The notes under the pieces were generated by a model. The model searched no databases and was not told the DNA's origin. It saw only the letters and a list, made by a program, of their open reading frames with translations. Positions 12,726 to 28,840 of a stretch of DNA of 64,000 nucleotides are shown here, piece after piece (the stretch's first letter is position 1; each line of letters opens with the position of its first letter). The translations under genes and the position numbers were made by a program. Source of the stretch: the human T2T-CHM13v2.0 reference genome, Homo sapiens. The stretch is from NCBI RefSeq assembly GCF_009914755.1, contig NC_060933.1; one strand, 5' to 3'.

Positions 12726-15700
12726 TCATTTTCTTAATTCAAAAAAAATCTTAGTTTTTCATTTGCACTCTCAGATTTGCTTTAGGAAATGACTTCCAAA
12801 TCAATTAACAAGCCCATTATTTTCAATCATAATTATTTATTGTAGAAACATGATAATTAAAATAATATTAAAAACAACCCATCTAAGTAAGCATATGTTC
12901 CTCAACTGCTCTTGATATAGACTTTGATTCTTTACAATATATACATTTAGATTTCCAGTGACAGAAGGACTTTCTGCTTCAGTTTTGAGGGTCAAAACTA
13001 AGTAATATCAGAAAGTATCCCTAATAATTCCCAGTATTTGATACACAGAATCTGACAGAAGTGATGTGGAAAATGCACATGTACTTCATGAATTGAAAGA
13101 TAATGAGTTCTTGTCAAAATAATAGCTTGAAATTAAATAAATTCTGAGTATTTTTCCCATGAGGTATTTTATTTTTATACTATTTGTGTGCCATAAACCT
13201 ATGAGGTAGACTTTCCTGGATTGTTATATATGTTGATCCACTATTATTGTAACCTTTATTTTGCAGCAGAAGAAATGGAGACAGAAAGATAATGTAGTAT
13301 CTGTCTGATGTAAATAATGCGGAATATTTTTCTCCCAGTGTCAAGATGAATATGTATTTCCTTACACTATTCACCTACACATTGCTTCACAAGCATACTA
13401 TGAGACAATGTTCATCACTCCATCACTCTCTGGAATATAGTTACTGCTACAGTAATTCTTTGGTGTAATTCCACAGTTTAATGTATTAGTGGTCTACAAT
13501 TTCTTTTGCTGCTTTTCATCAAGAGGCCTAATTAGACCCTTCATTTTGATGCCATACTTTCCAGTATACGCCAAGACCTGCTGCCTCTACCTTGGCTCTC
13601 CCACTCAGTTGTACCTGGAAAGCAACTGGAGAATAGTGTTTCTGCTCTCAGGTTCTTTCACTCAGCTTCCTGAGTTCAGAGGGCAATGAAGTCCTCAAAT
13701 CTGGATGAATTTCCACCGTCCCATTAGATTTTTAACTAAATAAAAATAAGGCTATTATTTTTAAAGTTAAAAGTAACTGGGGAAGAGGATTCTAGGAAGT
13801 GGAAAACACAAGGAATTTGTCTCCCCACTTAGGAGAATGCACTTGCAGAGTATATCTGATGTAAACATTTTGGAACTCTGCTGTCTATTTAAGGCTTGCA
13901 ACTTCCAGGTAAAGGCTCAGACTGGGAATTGCAGTTAATTTCTGATGAATTTCAATGCTCAGCACAGTAGCAGACACTCATTCTCCACCCCTAGCCACAC
14001 TGCAAGCAGCTGTGGACATGTTCCTGAAGCAGCTTGCACCCAGATTGCAAGAGTCAGGATGGGCAAAAAGAACCCCATTCTCCAAATATATGGGATCTTT
14101 GCTTGGATTGCTGATTGCTGCTTCTGAACATAGCAGTACAAAGAGGCAGGAGGCCATTATTGTTGCACTACTCACTATTGTTATAAGGCCCTCACTCTTG
14201 GCCTAAGTGATTTCCAGGAGACATAAAGGGCCAGCACTCTTTTTACTCCATTTTTCTCTTTTAAAAGCCTTATGAAAAGATTAGGGCATTCATAAACAAT
14301 TGCATATATGAGAAACAGTAGGAAGTAACTGTATGCCCAGGAAATGACATAGGCGCAGAAAAAATCTGGAAAACTTTAAGCTTACACCTGCAACCGATCC
14401 TTGGAACTGACACAGCCTATAACAATCAAATGAAATAAAACACGAACATTCCAAAAAATAGCAGACGCTGTGGAAAAGAGAATCTGAGTTCCATAGTTAC
14501 TACATTATTAGATTCAATTGCAAAGCTTTCAACAAATAACCCACAAGACATACAAAGAGAGAGGAACAAAGGGACCATTCAAAAGAAAAAAATAAACTGT
14601 CCCTGACAAAGCTTGATGATACATCTACTAAACAGACTTTATAACAAAGTCTTAAACATACTCAGAGAAGTAAAAGAAGATGGGGAGAAAGTCAAGAAAA
14701 CAATATAGGAGCAAAGTGGTGATATTGATTTAGAGCTAGAAAACCTAAAACGAAACCTAAAAGAAATTCTGGAGCTGAAAACTGTAATAATGAAAATTTT
14801 AAAAAAAGGATATAGAGGGCTTCAAGGGAAGATTTGATTAGGTAGAAGAATCAGCAAACTTGAAATAGGACAAAAAATATCACTGAGTCTTTAAATTAGA
14901 AAGGGAAAAGACTGAAGTGAACAGAACCTAATGTATCTGTGGAGCACCATGAAGTGGACCAATATACACACTGTAGAATAAAAGAAGAAGGAAGAAAAAA
15001 GATGAAAAAATATTTAATGAAATAGAGTCTAAAATGTTTCCAAATTTGGTAAAAGACATGAATATAAACATCAAATAAGTTCAATGAACTTTAAGTAAGT
15101 TGAACAAAGAAACTCGCATCAAGACAGGTTGTCAACAAAATTTCAAAAGCCAGAAACAAAGAGAAAATCTTAAAAGGAGCAAGAGAAAAGCAACTTGCCA
15201 CATATAAGAGATCCTCCATAAGATTATGTGCAAATTTCTTATCAAAAACTATAGATGCCAGAAGCTAGTGGGTTAATATATTCAGAGTGCTAAAAGAAAG
15301 CAATTGCCAAACAAGAATGCTATAGTTGGCAAAACCATCCTTCAAAACTCAGGAAGAAATTAAGACATTCACAGATAAACAAAGTTGCTGGAGTTTGTTA
15401 CCACTAAACCTACCCTGCAAAAAAAGCTCAAGGGAATCCTGGAGGGTGAAAAGAAAAGATGCAACACAATAGCTAGAAGCTATGTGAAGAAATAAAGATC
15501 TCAATATAGATAAATATATAGGCAATTATAAAAGCTAGTATTATTGTAATGACAGTTTTTAATTGTATTTGTCGCTTTCCACACAATTTAATGAACTAAC
15601 ACATTAAAACATATATTACTCTAAAAGCTAGTATTGTAACTTTGGTTTGTAACTCCACATTTTGTTTACTATATAATTTAAGAGGCATTTCAAAGAATTA

Positions 15701-17851
15701 TTTGTTTATGATTTTGGGTACACAATGTATAAAAATGAAATTTTGTTATATCAACAACCAAAAACAGTGGGGACATAGCTTTTAAAGGAGCAGAACTTTT
15801 CTATGTCATGAAGTTAAGCTGGTATTAAGTTAAATTAGAGTGTTATAAATTCAGGATATAATTCCCATGGTAATCACAAAGAAAGCAGCTATAAAATATA
15901 AATAAAAGTAAATGAGAAAAGAACTTAAACATTTCACTACAAAAAATTAACACAAAGGAAGACAGTGATGCAGGAAATGAGGGACAAGAAAAACTATGAC
16001 ACTTATAGAAAAAAATAGCAAAAAGACAGAGGTAAGTTATTCCTTATTAGTAATTAATATAAATATAAATGAACGATTGTTTGTTGAACTAATTAATATG
16101 AATATAAATGTACTGTCTAAATGAACTATAATGAACTAATATAAATATAAATATAAATGAACATTGCCTAAAAGTTAGACAATGGCAGAATGAATAAAAA
16201 TTAATGATCTAATTATACACTGTATATAAGAGACTCTCTTTAGATTCAAAGACACAAACAAGTTGAAAGTTAAAGGATGGAAAAAAACATTTCATGCAAA
16301 TAGTAAGCAAAAGAGAGCAGGGGGTGGCTGCACAAATATAAGATTTTAAAACAGATTTTAAATCAAACATTTACAAGAGTCAAAGAAAAATACATTGTAT
16401 ATTAAAAATTTCAATACAGCACTAATATATAGCAATGAAACACTTTTGCACCTAATAACAGACCATAGAGACATATGAAACAAAAACTGATGGAATTAAA
16501 GGAAGAAATAGTTCTACGATAATAGTTGGGGACTTTAATAGTCAACTCTGAAAAATGGGTAGAATTACTAGACAGAAGATGTGTAAGGAAATAAAGAACT
16601 TAATATAATTTACCAACTAGATCTAACGGAAATGTACAGAATACTCTTCCCAAAAACAACAGCATAAACTTTCTTCTCAAGAGCATATGAGACATTTTTA
16701 AGGACAAGCCATATGTTAGGTTGCTAATTAAGTCTCAATAGGTTAGAAAATAGACATCACACCAAGTGTATCTTCAAACCACAACAGGATAAATTTAGAA
16801 GTTAAAAACACAAGTAAAACTGGAAAAGCCACTTATTTTTGGAAAATAACACACTCTTAACTAATGGGCCAAAGGAGAAATCAGAGAGAAAATTTAAAAT
16901 ATTTAGAGATGAATAAAATAAAACCACAACATATCAAAACTCATGTGATGCAGAAAAATTTATGAACACCTTAAAAATGAGAAAAAAATCAACTCAACAA
17001 TCTATCTTTACAACTAATTAGAAAAAGAAGAACAAGCTACGCCCAAAGCTAGCAGAAGGATGGAAACAGTAAAGAGCAGAGATCAATGAAATAGATAATA
17101 GAAAAACAGTAGAGTAAATCAATGAACCCAAAAGGTGATTCTTTAAAAGGATTTTTTAAACTGACAAATCTTTAGCCTGATAGACTAAGAAAAAGAGAGA
17201 GTATACATAAATTACTAAAATGAGAAATGAAAGTGGGGGCATTATCACCAATTATACAGAAATAAAAAGGATTATAAGAGAATACTATGAGCAACTGTAT
17301 GCCAACAATTTGGATAACCTAGATGAAATGAACAAATTCCTATAAACACAGAACCTCCCAAGACTAAATCATGTAGAACAGGAACATATGAATAGACCTA
17401 TAACTAGCAAAAAGATTGTATCAATAATAAAAAAAAAACCTGACATATATCTTCTATATATAAAAACCCTGGACCTGATGGACTCACTAGTGAATTTACT
17501 AAACATAAAAAAAAAAAAAACTAACATAAATTCTCCAACTTTTCCCTAAAAATGAAGAGGAAAAACCACTTCTTAATTCATTCAATGAAGCCAGCACCAA
17601 ATCCAGCAGCATGTTAACAGGATTATGTACCACGACCAAAAACCAATGATGTTTATTCCTGGAATGCCAAAATGGTACAACATATGACAGCTGATTAATG
17701 TAATATACCACCTTAACAAAATATAAAACAACATGATCAAACTAATTGATGTAGAAAAAGCAACTGACAAAATTCATCATCTTTTCATAATAAAAACATT
17801 CAACAAGTTAGAACTAGAAGGAAAGTATTCCAACATAATAAAAGTCACGTA

Positions 17852-19708
<1,857 letters not shown>

Positions 19709-20416
19709 AAAGTCAGCACATAAAATTCAGTTGTACTTTTATACACTAACAATGAGCAATTTGAAATAAAAAATAAAATACTTGGGAATCAAGGAGGTGG
19801 AAAATTTGTAAAAAGTAAACTATGAAATATTGTTGAGAGAAGTTTTCAGAAAGAAATAGAAATATGCCTCATGTTAATGGATTGGAAAACTTCATGTTAA
19901 AATGTCAATATGACCCAAAGTGATCCATAGATTCAACACAAGTTTAATCAATATCCCAAATAAGTTTCTTTGCAGAAATAGGAAACCCAACCTTAAAATT
20001 CATATGGGATTTCAAGGGACCCTGGATTACCAAAACAATCTTGAAAAGAAAGAAGAAAACTGTAAGATTCACACTGCCTGATTTAAAAACATACTGCAAA
20101 GCTATAGTAATCAAAACAGTGTGGTACTAGTATAAAAACAAGATGCTTAGACCAATGGATAGAAAAGAGAGCTCAGAAATAAACACTCACATATTTGGTA
20201 AAATGATTTTTGACAAGAGCACCAAGAGCATTCAATGGGGGAAACTATAGTCTTTTCAATAAATGGTACTGGGAAGACTAGATAGCCACATGCGAAACAA
20301 TGAACTTAGACCCCACTTCATTCATTATACACATAACTTACCTCAAAATGGGTCTAAATGTCAGACCTAAATCTATACAACTCAGAGAAGAAAACTGAAA
20401 TTAATAAGTCTGATGA

Positions 20417-21306
20417 TGATAGAAACAGGCAGCAGAGAAATTCTAGGCAGACAGGGATGGGTACCCAGTAAAATCCCACCTTCAAGCCAAAAAAAAAAAA
20501 AAAGCAACAACAACAACAACAACAAAAACCCAACAGTTTGAAACCTGCAGCCCAAAGTGAGAACTTCTATTCCTGTTTTCCCACTCTCTCCCAATTGGTT
20601 CTTTCTGAATAATGCCTTTTTACCAATCAAATGTTGCCTTTTCCAAAAACCCTACAGCCCGCCCTGCCCCTATCCTGTGCCTATAAAGACCCCAGACTCA
20701 GTCGGTAGAGGGAGAGACAGCTGGACCTCAGGGAGATGGCTGGACCTTGAGGGAGTGACTAGACCTCGGGGAAGAGACGACCTGACTTAGGGGAAGATGA
20801 TCTGCCCTTCCCATCCCCGCCCCGACTCCCCTCTCTGCTGAGAGCTGTTTTCATCACTCAATAAAATTCTCTGCTTTCACTATCCTTCAATTGTCCATGT
20901 GACCTCATTCTTCTTGGATGCTGGACAAGAGCTCAGGACCCATTGAGTGCAGGTACCCAAAACTGTTGTCACACTGACCCTTTGCCCTCACTAGCAGAGG
21001 GCAGCCACCCCACGTGATGAGGCAATGGGCCAACTGAGCTGCTAAGATGCCTCCATCTGCAGACAATGAAACCAACAGAACACTGTAACACCCCTTGTGG
21101 GGCTTTGGGGTAGCAGGCACCCCAACTTGGGTGCCACCTCAGGCCCCGCATGAAGCTTGCTCCTGTGTCAGCTCCCGTAGCAGCTGGCTGGATCCTACAC
21201 TTGCTCACTCACATGCTCCCTCCTTCAAGGTTGAGCACAGCAGGCCAAGTAAACAGGGTGCCCTTGCTGTGAGTCTGGCAAAGGGGCCGAGAAAAATCCT
21301 GTCTCA
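20417..21306 (+). mobile_element. ERV1 solo LTR, LTR27/LTR28-like, 890 bp, inserted in L1 ORF2
   Basis: TG...CA ends (TGATAGAAACAGG...AAAAATCCTGTCTCA); 4-bp TSD ATGA/ATGT; TATAAA at 20682; AATAAA at 20860; GC-richer than flanks. Confidence 0.85.
20590..20690 (+). promoter_or_regulatory. LTR U3 promoter motifs (CCAAT boxes, GC box, TATA)
   Basis: CCAATTGG 20591-20598, CCAAT 20623-20627, CCCGCCC 20658-20664, TATAAA 20682-20687 in canonical order; activity not shown. Confidence 0.5.
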
Positions 21307-23059
21307 ATGTGTCACAACTTTTGATTTGACAGTGTTTTCTGGGATATGACACCAAAAACTTAGGCAACAAAATTAAAAAAATAGACAATTTTGACTTTAG
21401 GAGAATTCTTTAAAATTGTACAGCAAAATAGAAAAAAGGAGTAAAAAGGCAACAGAGTAAAAAGACAAACCAGATAATGAGAGAAAATATATTAAAGTCA
21501 AATATTTGATAAGAGAAAATCAGATATCCAGAATCTATAGAGAACTCCTAAAACTCAACAACAAAACCCAAGTCAAAAATGGCCAAAGAACTGAAATAGA
21601 CATTTCTCCAACTAGGATACACAAATGTCCAATAAGCACATGCAAAGATGTTTGACATGACTAATCATTAGAAAAAGGCAAACCCAAACTACAATGAGAT
21701 ATGGTAACACACCCATAAGGATGGCTACTATTTAAAAACAAACAAAAAACAAAAACAAACAAACAAAAAAGAGAATAACAAGTGTTGGTGATGATGTGGA
21801 GAAACCGAAACCCTTCTGCAATGTTGGTGGGAATGTAAAATGATATAGCTGCTGTGGACAGTGTTATGGTTATTCTTAAAAAAATTAAAAATAGAATTAC
21901 CATATGATATAGTAATTCTACTGCTGGAAATATATCAAAAATACATTGAAAGCAGGGTCTTGAAGAGACATTTATACACCCATGTTTAGTGGCATTATTC
22001 ACAGTAGCTAAAATGTGGCAGCAACTCAAGTGTCCATTGACGAATGAGCAAGTAAAACGTGGTTTATACATAAAATAGAATATCATTCAGCCTTAAAAAG
22101 GAAGGAAATTCTGACATATGCTACAACATGGATTTTGAGGACATTATCCTAAATGAAACAAGCCAGTCATAAAAAAAGACAAATACTATATGATTCCACT
22201 TATATGAGGTAGTTAAAGAGTCAACATCACTGAGACAAAGCATGCTTATTGTTGAGGGGTGTTTGGGGAGGCAGAGAATGGGGAATCCTTGTTCAATGTG
22301 TATGGAGTTTTAGTTTTATAAGATGAGAAGCGTCATGGAGGTGGATGGTGGTGATAGCTGCACAACAATATGAATATATTTAGTGCCACTGAGCTGTACA
22401 CTTAAAAATGGTTAGGATAGTAACTTTTATGTCACGTGTATTTTACCTCAATTTAAAAAATAAAGTAAATGAGATAGTAGTGGGAACTGACTTAACTATC
22501 TGGTCACTACAGTCCAATCTATCAAATTTCTTCTCTAGTCTATATTTTGGTGCATAGAAGAGTCCATTTTGGAAATAGATTTGGCATTCAAGAGTCTTTT
22601 AGTTATTGCTGTTTTTAAATGACTCACTTTGATAGAGCAGCTCATTATCATCCCCCTCCAACATGCACAATATTGACACGCATTCACTCAAACTAAGTTT
22701 ATAAACAAAATTATTTCACAATTAAAATAAGGGTGTTTACGAACAAATATTTTTATTTGGACTGGTTTTGGTAAGAACATTTGTCCATGTCAACGATCAC
22801 CATCTGTAGATGACTGTTAGAAGTTATCTCAAAAAGAGGAGAAATAGGAACATTATCTCATTTATAGAGATATAATTACCACCTTTATGCCTCCACCACT
22901 CAAATGTGTAGCACAGTACAAGTCACATAGCCAGCTCAATATATTTAAGATATAATATCATAATAGCAGTAAAGTTTATCCAAAAGTAGCACTGTTATGG
23001 AATGAAACTCTGGAATGGTCACTGTATTGACTTTGTCAAATATTGACTTCGATCTTCAG

Positions 23060-23165
23060 CCAGAATCTTCACATATCAGGGCCTCAGTTTTCTCATCTAT
23101 AAACTGTGCAGGTCAATTTAAATGATTCACAGTGCCTTTCAACATTAACATTTTGAATTTCTATA
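23060..23165 (+). mobile_element. MIR3/MIRc fragment
   Basis: GGGCCTCAGTTTTCTCATCTATAAA core followed by a MIR3-like tail. Confidence 0.6.
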
Positions 23166-24112
23166 AGATGAGTAATGTATTTTGCTTGCCTGAGATAACA
23201 GTTCCCAGTTTTGCACATTCAAAGGGATCTTTAAGTGTTTTAATTGGAATCCATGAAGGAGCCAGGAAGCAGTTTACTTACCAAGAGAAGTTTCCTCTCC
23301 TAGCTCCTGCTTTACAGTAGTGCCTGCCTCTGTTCAACATTGTTTTAGCGGCACAGTTGTAGGATTTTGAATTAAAAATAAAATTATGCTCTTTGAGTGG
23401 CATTCTGCAAGAGAAGTGATTTTATTGCTTAAGTTCCCTCTTGTATTACGCAGTCTTGTAAGCCAAGTATGAATGTTGACATAAATGATGTATTGCACAA
23501 GTACAGGCTTCACAGATAGAGCTGTAACTTCTAAAGATCCGGAAAGATAAAAAGTAAATCCATGCTGTAATTTAAATCCAGGTTATAAAGTTGGACTTCA
23601 CCTGGGGTTTCATTTAGATTTGATAAATTATCATATCTCAGCTCAGGGAACTTTCTCCAGAGCCTTTCATTCTCACTTCATTGACATTTCAGTAAACAGT
23701 ATTTAAGAAGTAGATATGAAATTCTCCTTGTTTGGCCTTTAGTGGCAGGCAGATTTACTGGGGTTGAGAAAAGAAAAATTTTATACAGTGTAAGGAGAAA
23801 TATTTTGAGGTAGTAGAATTCCATATAAATATTTATTGGGGTAAATTTAAATACCTCATTAGAATGATCATTCAGGAATATTTTGCCACTGACTTGAGAA
23901 ATAAAATGCTGTACAAATAGAACAATGAACATAGGCACACTAAAATCTAGTGAATAATTGTAAGACAGGAAATGATCTGTGATAAATACACAAAAATTAC
24001 CCAATTAGAACATATCTGTGTTCTTAATTCAAAAGTGTCCTTCATTAAAAAATTCACAATCACAATTAAATCAGATCCATAAATACTTTTCTTTAAAGAG
24101 TTTAGGCTTATT

Positions 24113-24183
24113 TTTTCTCTCTCTGTCTCTCTCTCTCCCTCTCTCACTTGCTCTTGCTGTCTCACTCTTGCTCTCCCTCTCTT
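24113..24183. repeat. (TC)n-rich polypyrimidine tract
   Basis: Seen directly. Confidence 0.8.
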
Positions 24184-24369
24184 TATCAATTGTTTCTCTG
24201 TCAGCTCAAAAGAGTAGACATTGTAGCCATTATTTAAGAATTTGGAAAATAGCACTAAATTGTTTCTCAAGGCAACACAGTAAATCAACAATGAGCATAG
24301 ATTAGAAGAAAAATCCTATTGTTTCTCTTCAAAGATAATCACGACATTCAGATAGTAGAATATATATTT

Positions 24370-24550
24370 TTCATCATGTTGATAAAAACATTGTGATGTT
24401 ATCAAGACGTATGATGTTATCCCCTTTTTAATGGATGAAGAAACAACTTCTGAAAAATTGAAAAGACTGCTAAAATATATGTGCATTCATGGCAGGGAAA
24501 GATCATGAATTCTGACTTCTCCTTCTGTGTGCTTTTCACTGTACCACTCA
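24370..24550 (-). mobile_element. MIR
   Basis: TTATCCCCTTTTTAATGGATGAAGAAAC...TCTGACTTC...GTGCTTTTCACTGTACCAC. Confidence 0.55.
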
Positions 24551-25599
24551 CCACTCTGTATTTTCTTATATTTACTGTTTCTAGACATTTAAAAATATAT
24601 TGCCGAACTATAGTTCATCAAATGGAAATCTATTGTTATTATAAACTTTACTTCAGCTATCATATTTGTGAGTTATTTTGGTATATATACAAAAACTCAT
24701 TTATCTTCAAACATTTAAAATTAAGACATTATTTTTGCTGGTAAAGTTGGCTAATTTGACATAGTATTCCTATCAGTATTATTTATCAGTGAATCAGACT
24801 GGTATATGGGCAAACATTCTGTACACAGCAGGAACTCAGCAAAACAGCCTGCTTCTTCTCACAGTTAGGACCTACTTTATTCAATAATGCTGAATGAATA
24901 CTTAAAACAAAACACAAGCATGGATAGTGTTAATGCCCTCTAGTGTACAGAACTCTCCCAACCAAAAACAGTGCCTGATTTCTTTCCTTCATTTGACACT
25001 GTCTCATAAATAAAAGATAAGAGACTAATGAATTATAGTTTGTAAACACTAGAGCCAAATAATAACTGCTGATTGCCAATAAACTGCAATGAAAACTGAT
25101 CCATACCAAGCAGAAGTGATACTGCAGCAATAAACATTTGGAAGAGAACTGTAAATTAATAACAATTCTTGGGCTGCCCCTTGAATATTAATTCTTATGA
25201 ACACAGCATTGTTTAGGAGTAATTTGCAGAAGTATTCTTTGAATGGGCTGTAAAAGACTGCCAAAAACTTACTTTTCCTCCATTTCTCAGTTGCTTTTCC
25301 ATTCCTAGTACTTTTTGAAAAGCTACTTTTCATTCAGGAGCTATTTTATGAAAAGTAATAAAACATTAAATTCAACCATCTAAAGTTAAAGTGTAATCTC
25401 TCCTCCCAGCCATGATAGAGAAAGTCACACCAGGCTTGGCCTCTCGATGTAAACAACAATAAAGTAGCACACAACATATGAAGCGAGTATTTCAGGCACT
25501 GGACGATATGCATTCCAGGGTAATGATTTTTGAAGGATAACAAAATGAATTAGGTTCTACATTTCCTTGGATTTCTTCCCAGCAGAATTTTCCTGATAG

Positions 25600-27125
25600 C
25601 AGTACAGGAAGGTACAGCTAAAGAACACAGCAGTGCCACTGAGTTGAGACTATAGATATTGAGGTTTGGTGCTGCTAAGTTGACTGGATTTGGTTGGATA
25701 GGGTATCAGGTAGGAGAGAGCTCTGCAGATGGCACCACGGAGGCTTGAGAGTGGGTTCCCTGTGGAACACTGGGCTGTATATAAACAGACTTGTACTAAA
25801 GAAATATTAAAGGAAGTTCATTAAGCAGAATAAAAAGTATTACAGATGAAGATTTGGATCCATAAGAAGAAATAAAGAAGACTGGAGATAATAAATATGC
25901 AGGTAGATATAGAAGACTTTTTTTTCTATTCTCTTAGTTTCTTAAAAGACAGATGAATGTTTAAAGCAAAAATAATAAAGTTGTTTTGGGAGGGTGTTAC
26001 AATAGATGTAGAATTGAAACATTTGATCAAAGCACAACGGATGATTCTAAATGGACTTATTACTGTTTTTATACTACTCTATTTTATGTGAAATTGTTCA
26101 ATATTAATTGCAAGTACACACTGATAAGTTAAGGATAAATATTATAATCCCTAGAGCAACCATTAACAAAATACACACTGCTATGGCTAAAAAGCTACTT
26201 AGGAAATAAAATGTATTACTAAAAGATATTCAATTAACAAAACACAATTCAGGAGAGGAAAAACAAGGCAATAAATAATTAATGGGCCAAAAAAACAATA
26301 AAAAGCAAGGTAAAAACTTAAATATAATAATATGAATAATTACTTGAAATGTGAATGGATTAAATATTCCTATTAAAAGCCAAAGATTGTCAAATTGGAC
26401 AAATAAGAGTCACTAAAATGAAGTGTGCCTTAACAAGTTACACCTTAAATTTTAAAACACAGATTGGAAGTAAAAGAATATAAAAATATTTGTCATGCAA
26501 ATAGTAAGCAGAGTCAGAAAAAGTAGGCTTCTAAACAATATAACCAGAGGTAAAAGAGAAATATTTATTAATTATAAACAGTTCAATTCACATAAAGACA
26601 TAACAATCATATATGTGTATGCACCTAATAACAGAGTTTAAATATCTATAAAAATGGCCAGAAAAGTGTGAAATAGACAACTAGCCCCTCAAAAAATCAG
26701 TAAATATATAAATGATCAAAATAACACAATCAACAATCTTGTTCTAGTTAATGTATATCAACTATGCCCAAAGACTGGAGAATAGATTTTCTTTCCAAGT
26801 GCGTATGAAATATTTACTAAAATAGACTACAGACTGGGCAATACCATAAAACTATACACCTTACAAAAGATTGAATTTATAAGGTGTATTTTCTGGATAC
26901 AACATATCTAAATTATAAGTAACTAAAAATAAGATTCAGACAGGACCAAAATATTTAGAAATGAAATGGCAAAATTTTAGACTACCAGTGAGTCAAAGAA
27001 GATATCACAAAGAACTTTAGAAAATATAGTAAACGGAAAAATATTATTAAAAATAACACAAAAACAACACAGAGAAAACTTGGTGGGATGCCTCTGAAGC
27101 AATACTTTGGAGGGAACTTTAGGAA
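25600..27125 (+). mobile_element. L1ME 5' portion (5' UTR remnant, end of ORF1, ORF2 endonuclease region)
   Basis: GAGTTGAGACTATAGATATTGAGGTTTGG...GAGAGAGCTCTGCAGA resembles the L1ME 5' UTR also seen at 53.26-53.39 kb; AATGTGAATGGATTAAATATTCC and TGTATGCACCTAATAACAGAG are ORF2 EN motifs. Confidence 0.75.
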
Positions 27126-27129
27126 ATCT

Positions 27130-27665
27130 TTTTTTGTTTTTAAACCCTCTTTATTGAGGTATGATTGACATACACATAGTCTACAACTTGATGAGTTGGA
27201 GATACATACACACCCATGAAACCACTACCACAATCGATGTCATAAACATATTCATCACCTCCTAAAGGTTCCGCTTGCTCTCATTTATCATCATTTTTTG
27301 TTATATGAACACTTAAGAGCTATCCTTTTAGCATATTTTTATACAATACATTATTATTAACTATAGACACCATGCTGTACGTTAGATCTCTAGGACTTAT
27401 TCATCTGGCATAACTGAAACTTTTTACCCTTTGACTAATATCTCCCCCTTTCTCCCTCTGCTGAGCCCTTGGCAACCACCATTATACGCTCTGCTGCTGT
27501 GATGTTGATTGTTTTAGATTCTTCATATAAGTGGGATCTTGTAGTGATTATCTTTCTGTATCTGGTTTATTCACTTAGCATGTCATCCAGGTTTATCCAT
27601 GTTGCAAGTGGCAGGATTTCCTTCTGTTTTAAGGCTGAATAACATTTTACCATACGTATATGTAT
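27130..27665 (-). mobile_element. L1MA (about L1MA7-9) 3' end inserted in L1ME
   Basis: CTTTATTGAGGTATGATTGACA...CATGCTGTACGTTAGATCTCTAGGACTTATTCATCT...GGCAGGATTTCCTTCTGTTTTAAGGCTGAATA. Confidence 0.85.
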
Positions 27666-27674
27666 TTCTGTTTT

Positions 27675-28270
27675 GAGTGTAAAATGATATAACTCTTTGG
27701 ACTAATACTTTCTTATGACCTTACACATTCACTGAGTATAATTCAGTGATTCCACCACTAAGTCTTTAACCAAGAGAAATAAAAACATTTGTTTATGAAA
27801 AGAATCAAGCAAGATTGTTTATAGCAGCTTTATTCATAATAGCCCCAAACTGTAAACAACCCAGATTTTCAACTGCAGAATGATGATTAAACAATTTGTG
27901 AAATATTCATGTATTGTTTATAAAAAAGGAGCAAATTGATGATATATAACAACATGTATACATCCTAAAAACATTATGTTGAAGCAAAGAAGCTACATGC
28001 AAAAGAATATGCAAAATGAGATTCTATTTATGTGACATTCTCCAACAGACGTAACTATTCTATGGTGACAGAAATTAGAACAAGCTTGCCTTCACAGTGG
28101 GATTAGATTGACTGCAAAGGAGTTAAAGTAATCTTTCTCAGTGATGGAAATATCTTGTGTCTTGATTGGTGGGCAGACTACACAGGTTAATATGTTTGTT
28201 AAAATTCATCAAATTGTGTCAAGGTCTGTGTATTTCACTGAAATTTTTTGCCTTGATTAAAATAGACAAG
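27675..28270 (+). mobile_element. L1ME 3' end, probably the same element as 25600-27125
   Basis: GTTTATAGCAGCTTTATTCATAATAGCCCCAAACTGTAAACAACCC...GTGATGGAAATATCTTGTGTCTTGATTGG. Confidence 0.8.
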
Positions 28271-28509
28271 CAAATAAGTAAATAAATAAGGTCAAAGAAG
28301 GGACTTGGTTGGTAGTTGTTTTAAATGTATCTTGTCAAAATTGTAATTTTCTCTCAGATACTCCTTTTTGAGAGTTATTCTTATTTTAGTTATAGCTCAG
28401 TAATGTTACCATTGGATTTTTAATAGGCTATTTTCAGTTCTGGTACCTATACCAAAAAAAGTTTTTTTTTTTATTTTTCTTCTTGTTATAGGTCTTGAAT
28501 CACAGCACA

Positions 28510-28736
28510 TCATTTAGATGAGATGTGTGGGTTATGCTCTGATAACAAAGTGACTCACATTTTTTAGTGTCTTTATGAAATAAGATCTGTTTCTCACACT
28601 ACACATGCCACACATGTCAATAGGGGGCTTAGGTTCAAATGGGCGCTCAAGTACCTGGGCTCATAACTGTAAGACCAGATGAAAAAATGTAGAGGAGGCC
28701 ATGGAATGTTTGCTGAGTACTACCATTTCTGCCACA
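28510..28736 (-). mobile_element. MLT1 (MaLR) LTR fragment
   Basis: GGGTTATGCTCTGATAACAAA...TTTCTCACAC and the terminal CATTTCTGCCACA (TGTGGCAG start on the minus strand). Confidence 0.55.
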
Positions 28737-28840
28737 ATGATCATATGGTTTAGTCAACTACAGTAAATATTGCATAGGAATCAATGGTGGTTATAACAGA
28801 TCAAACCTCCGAATCTTGTAGCAAGACTATGGTAGAAGTG

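Noticed and set aside
21661-22086. Longest ORF in the window (141 aa)
   Set aside because: Antisense reading of the L1MB 3' region, with the typical F/L/I/S-rich chance composition
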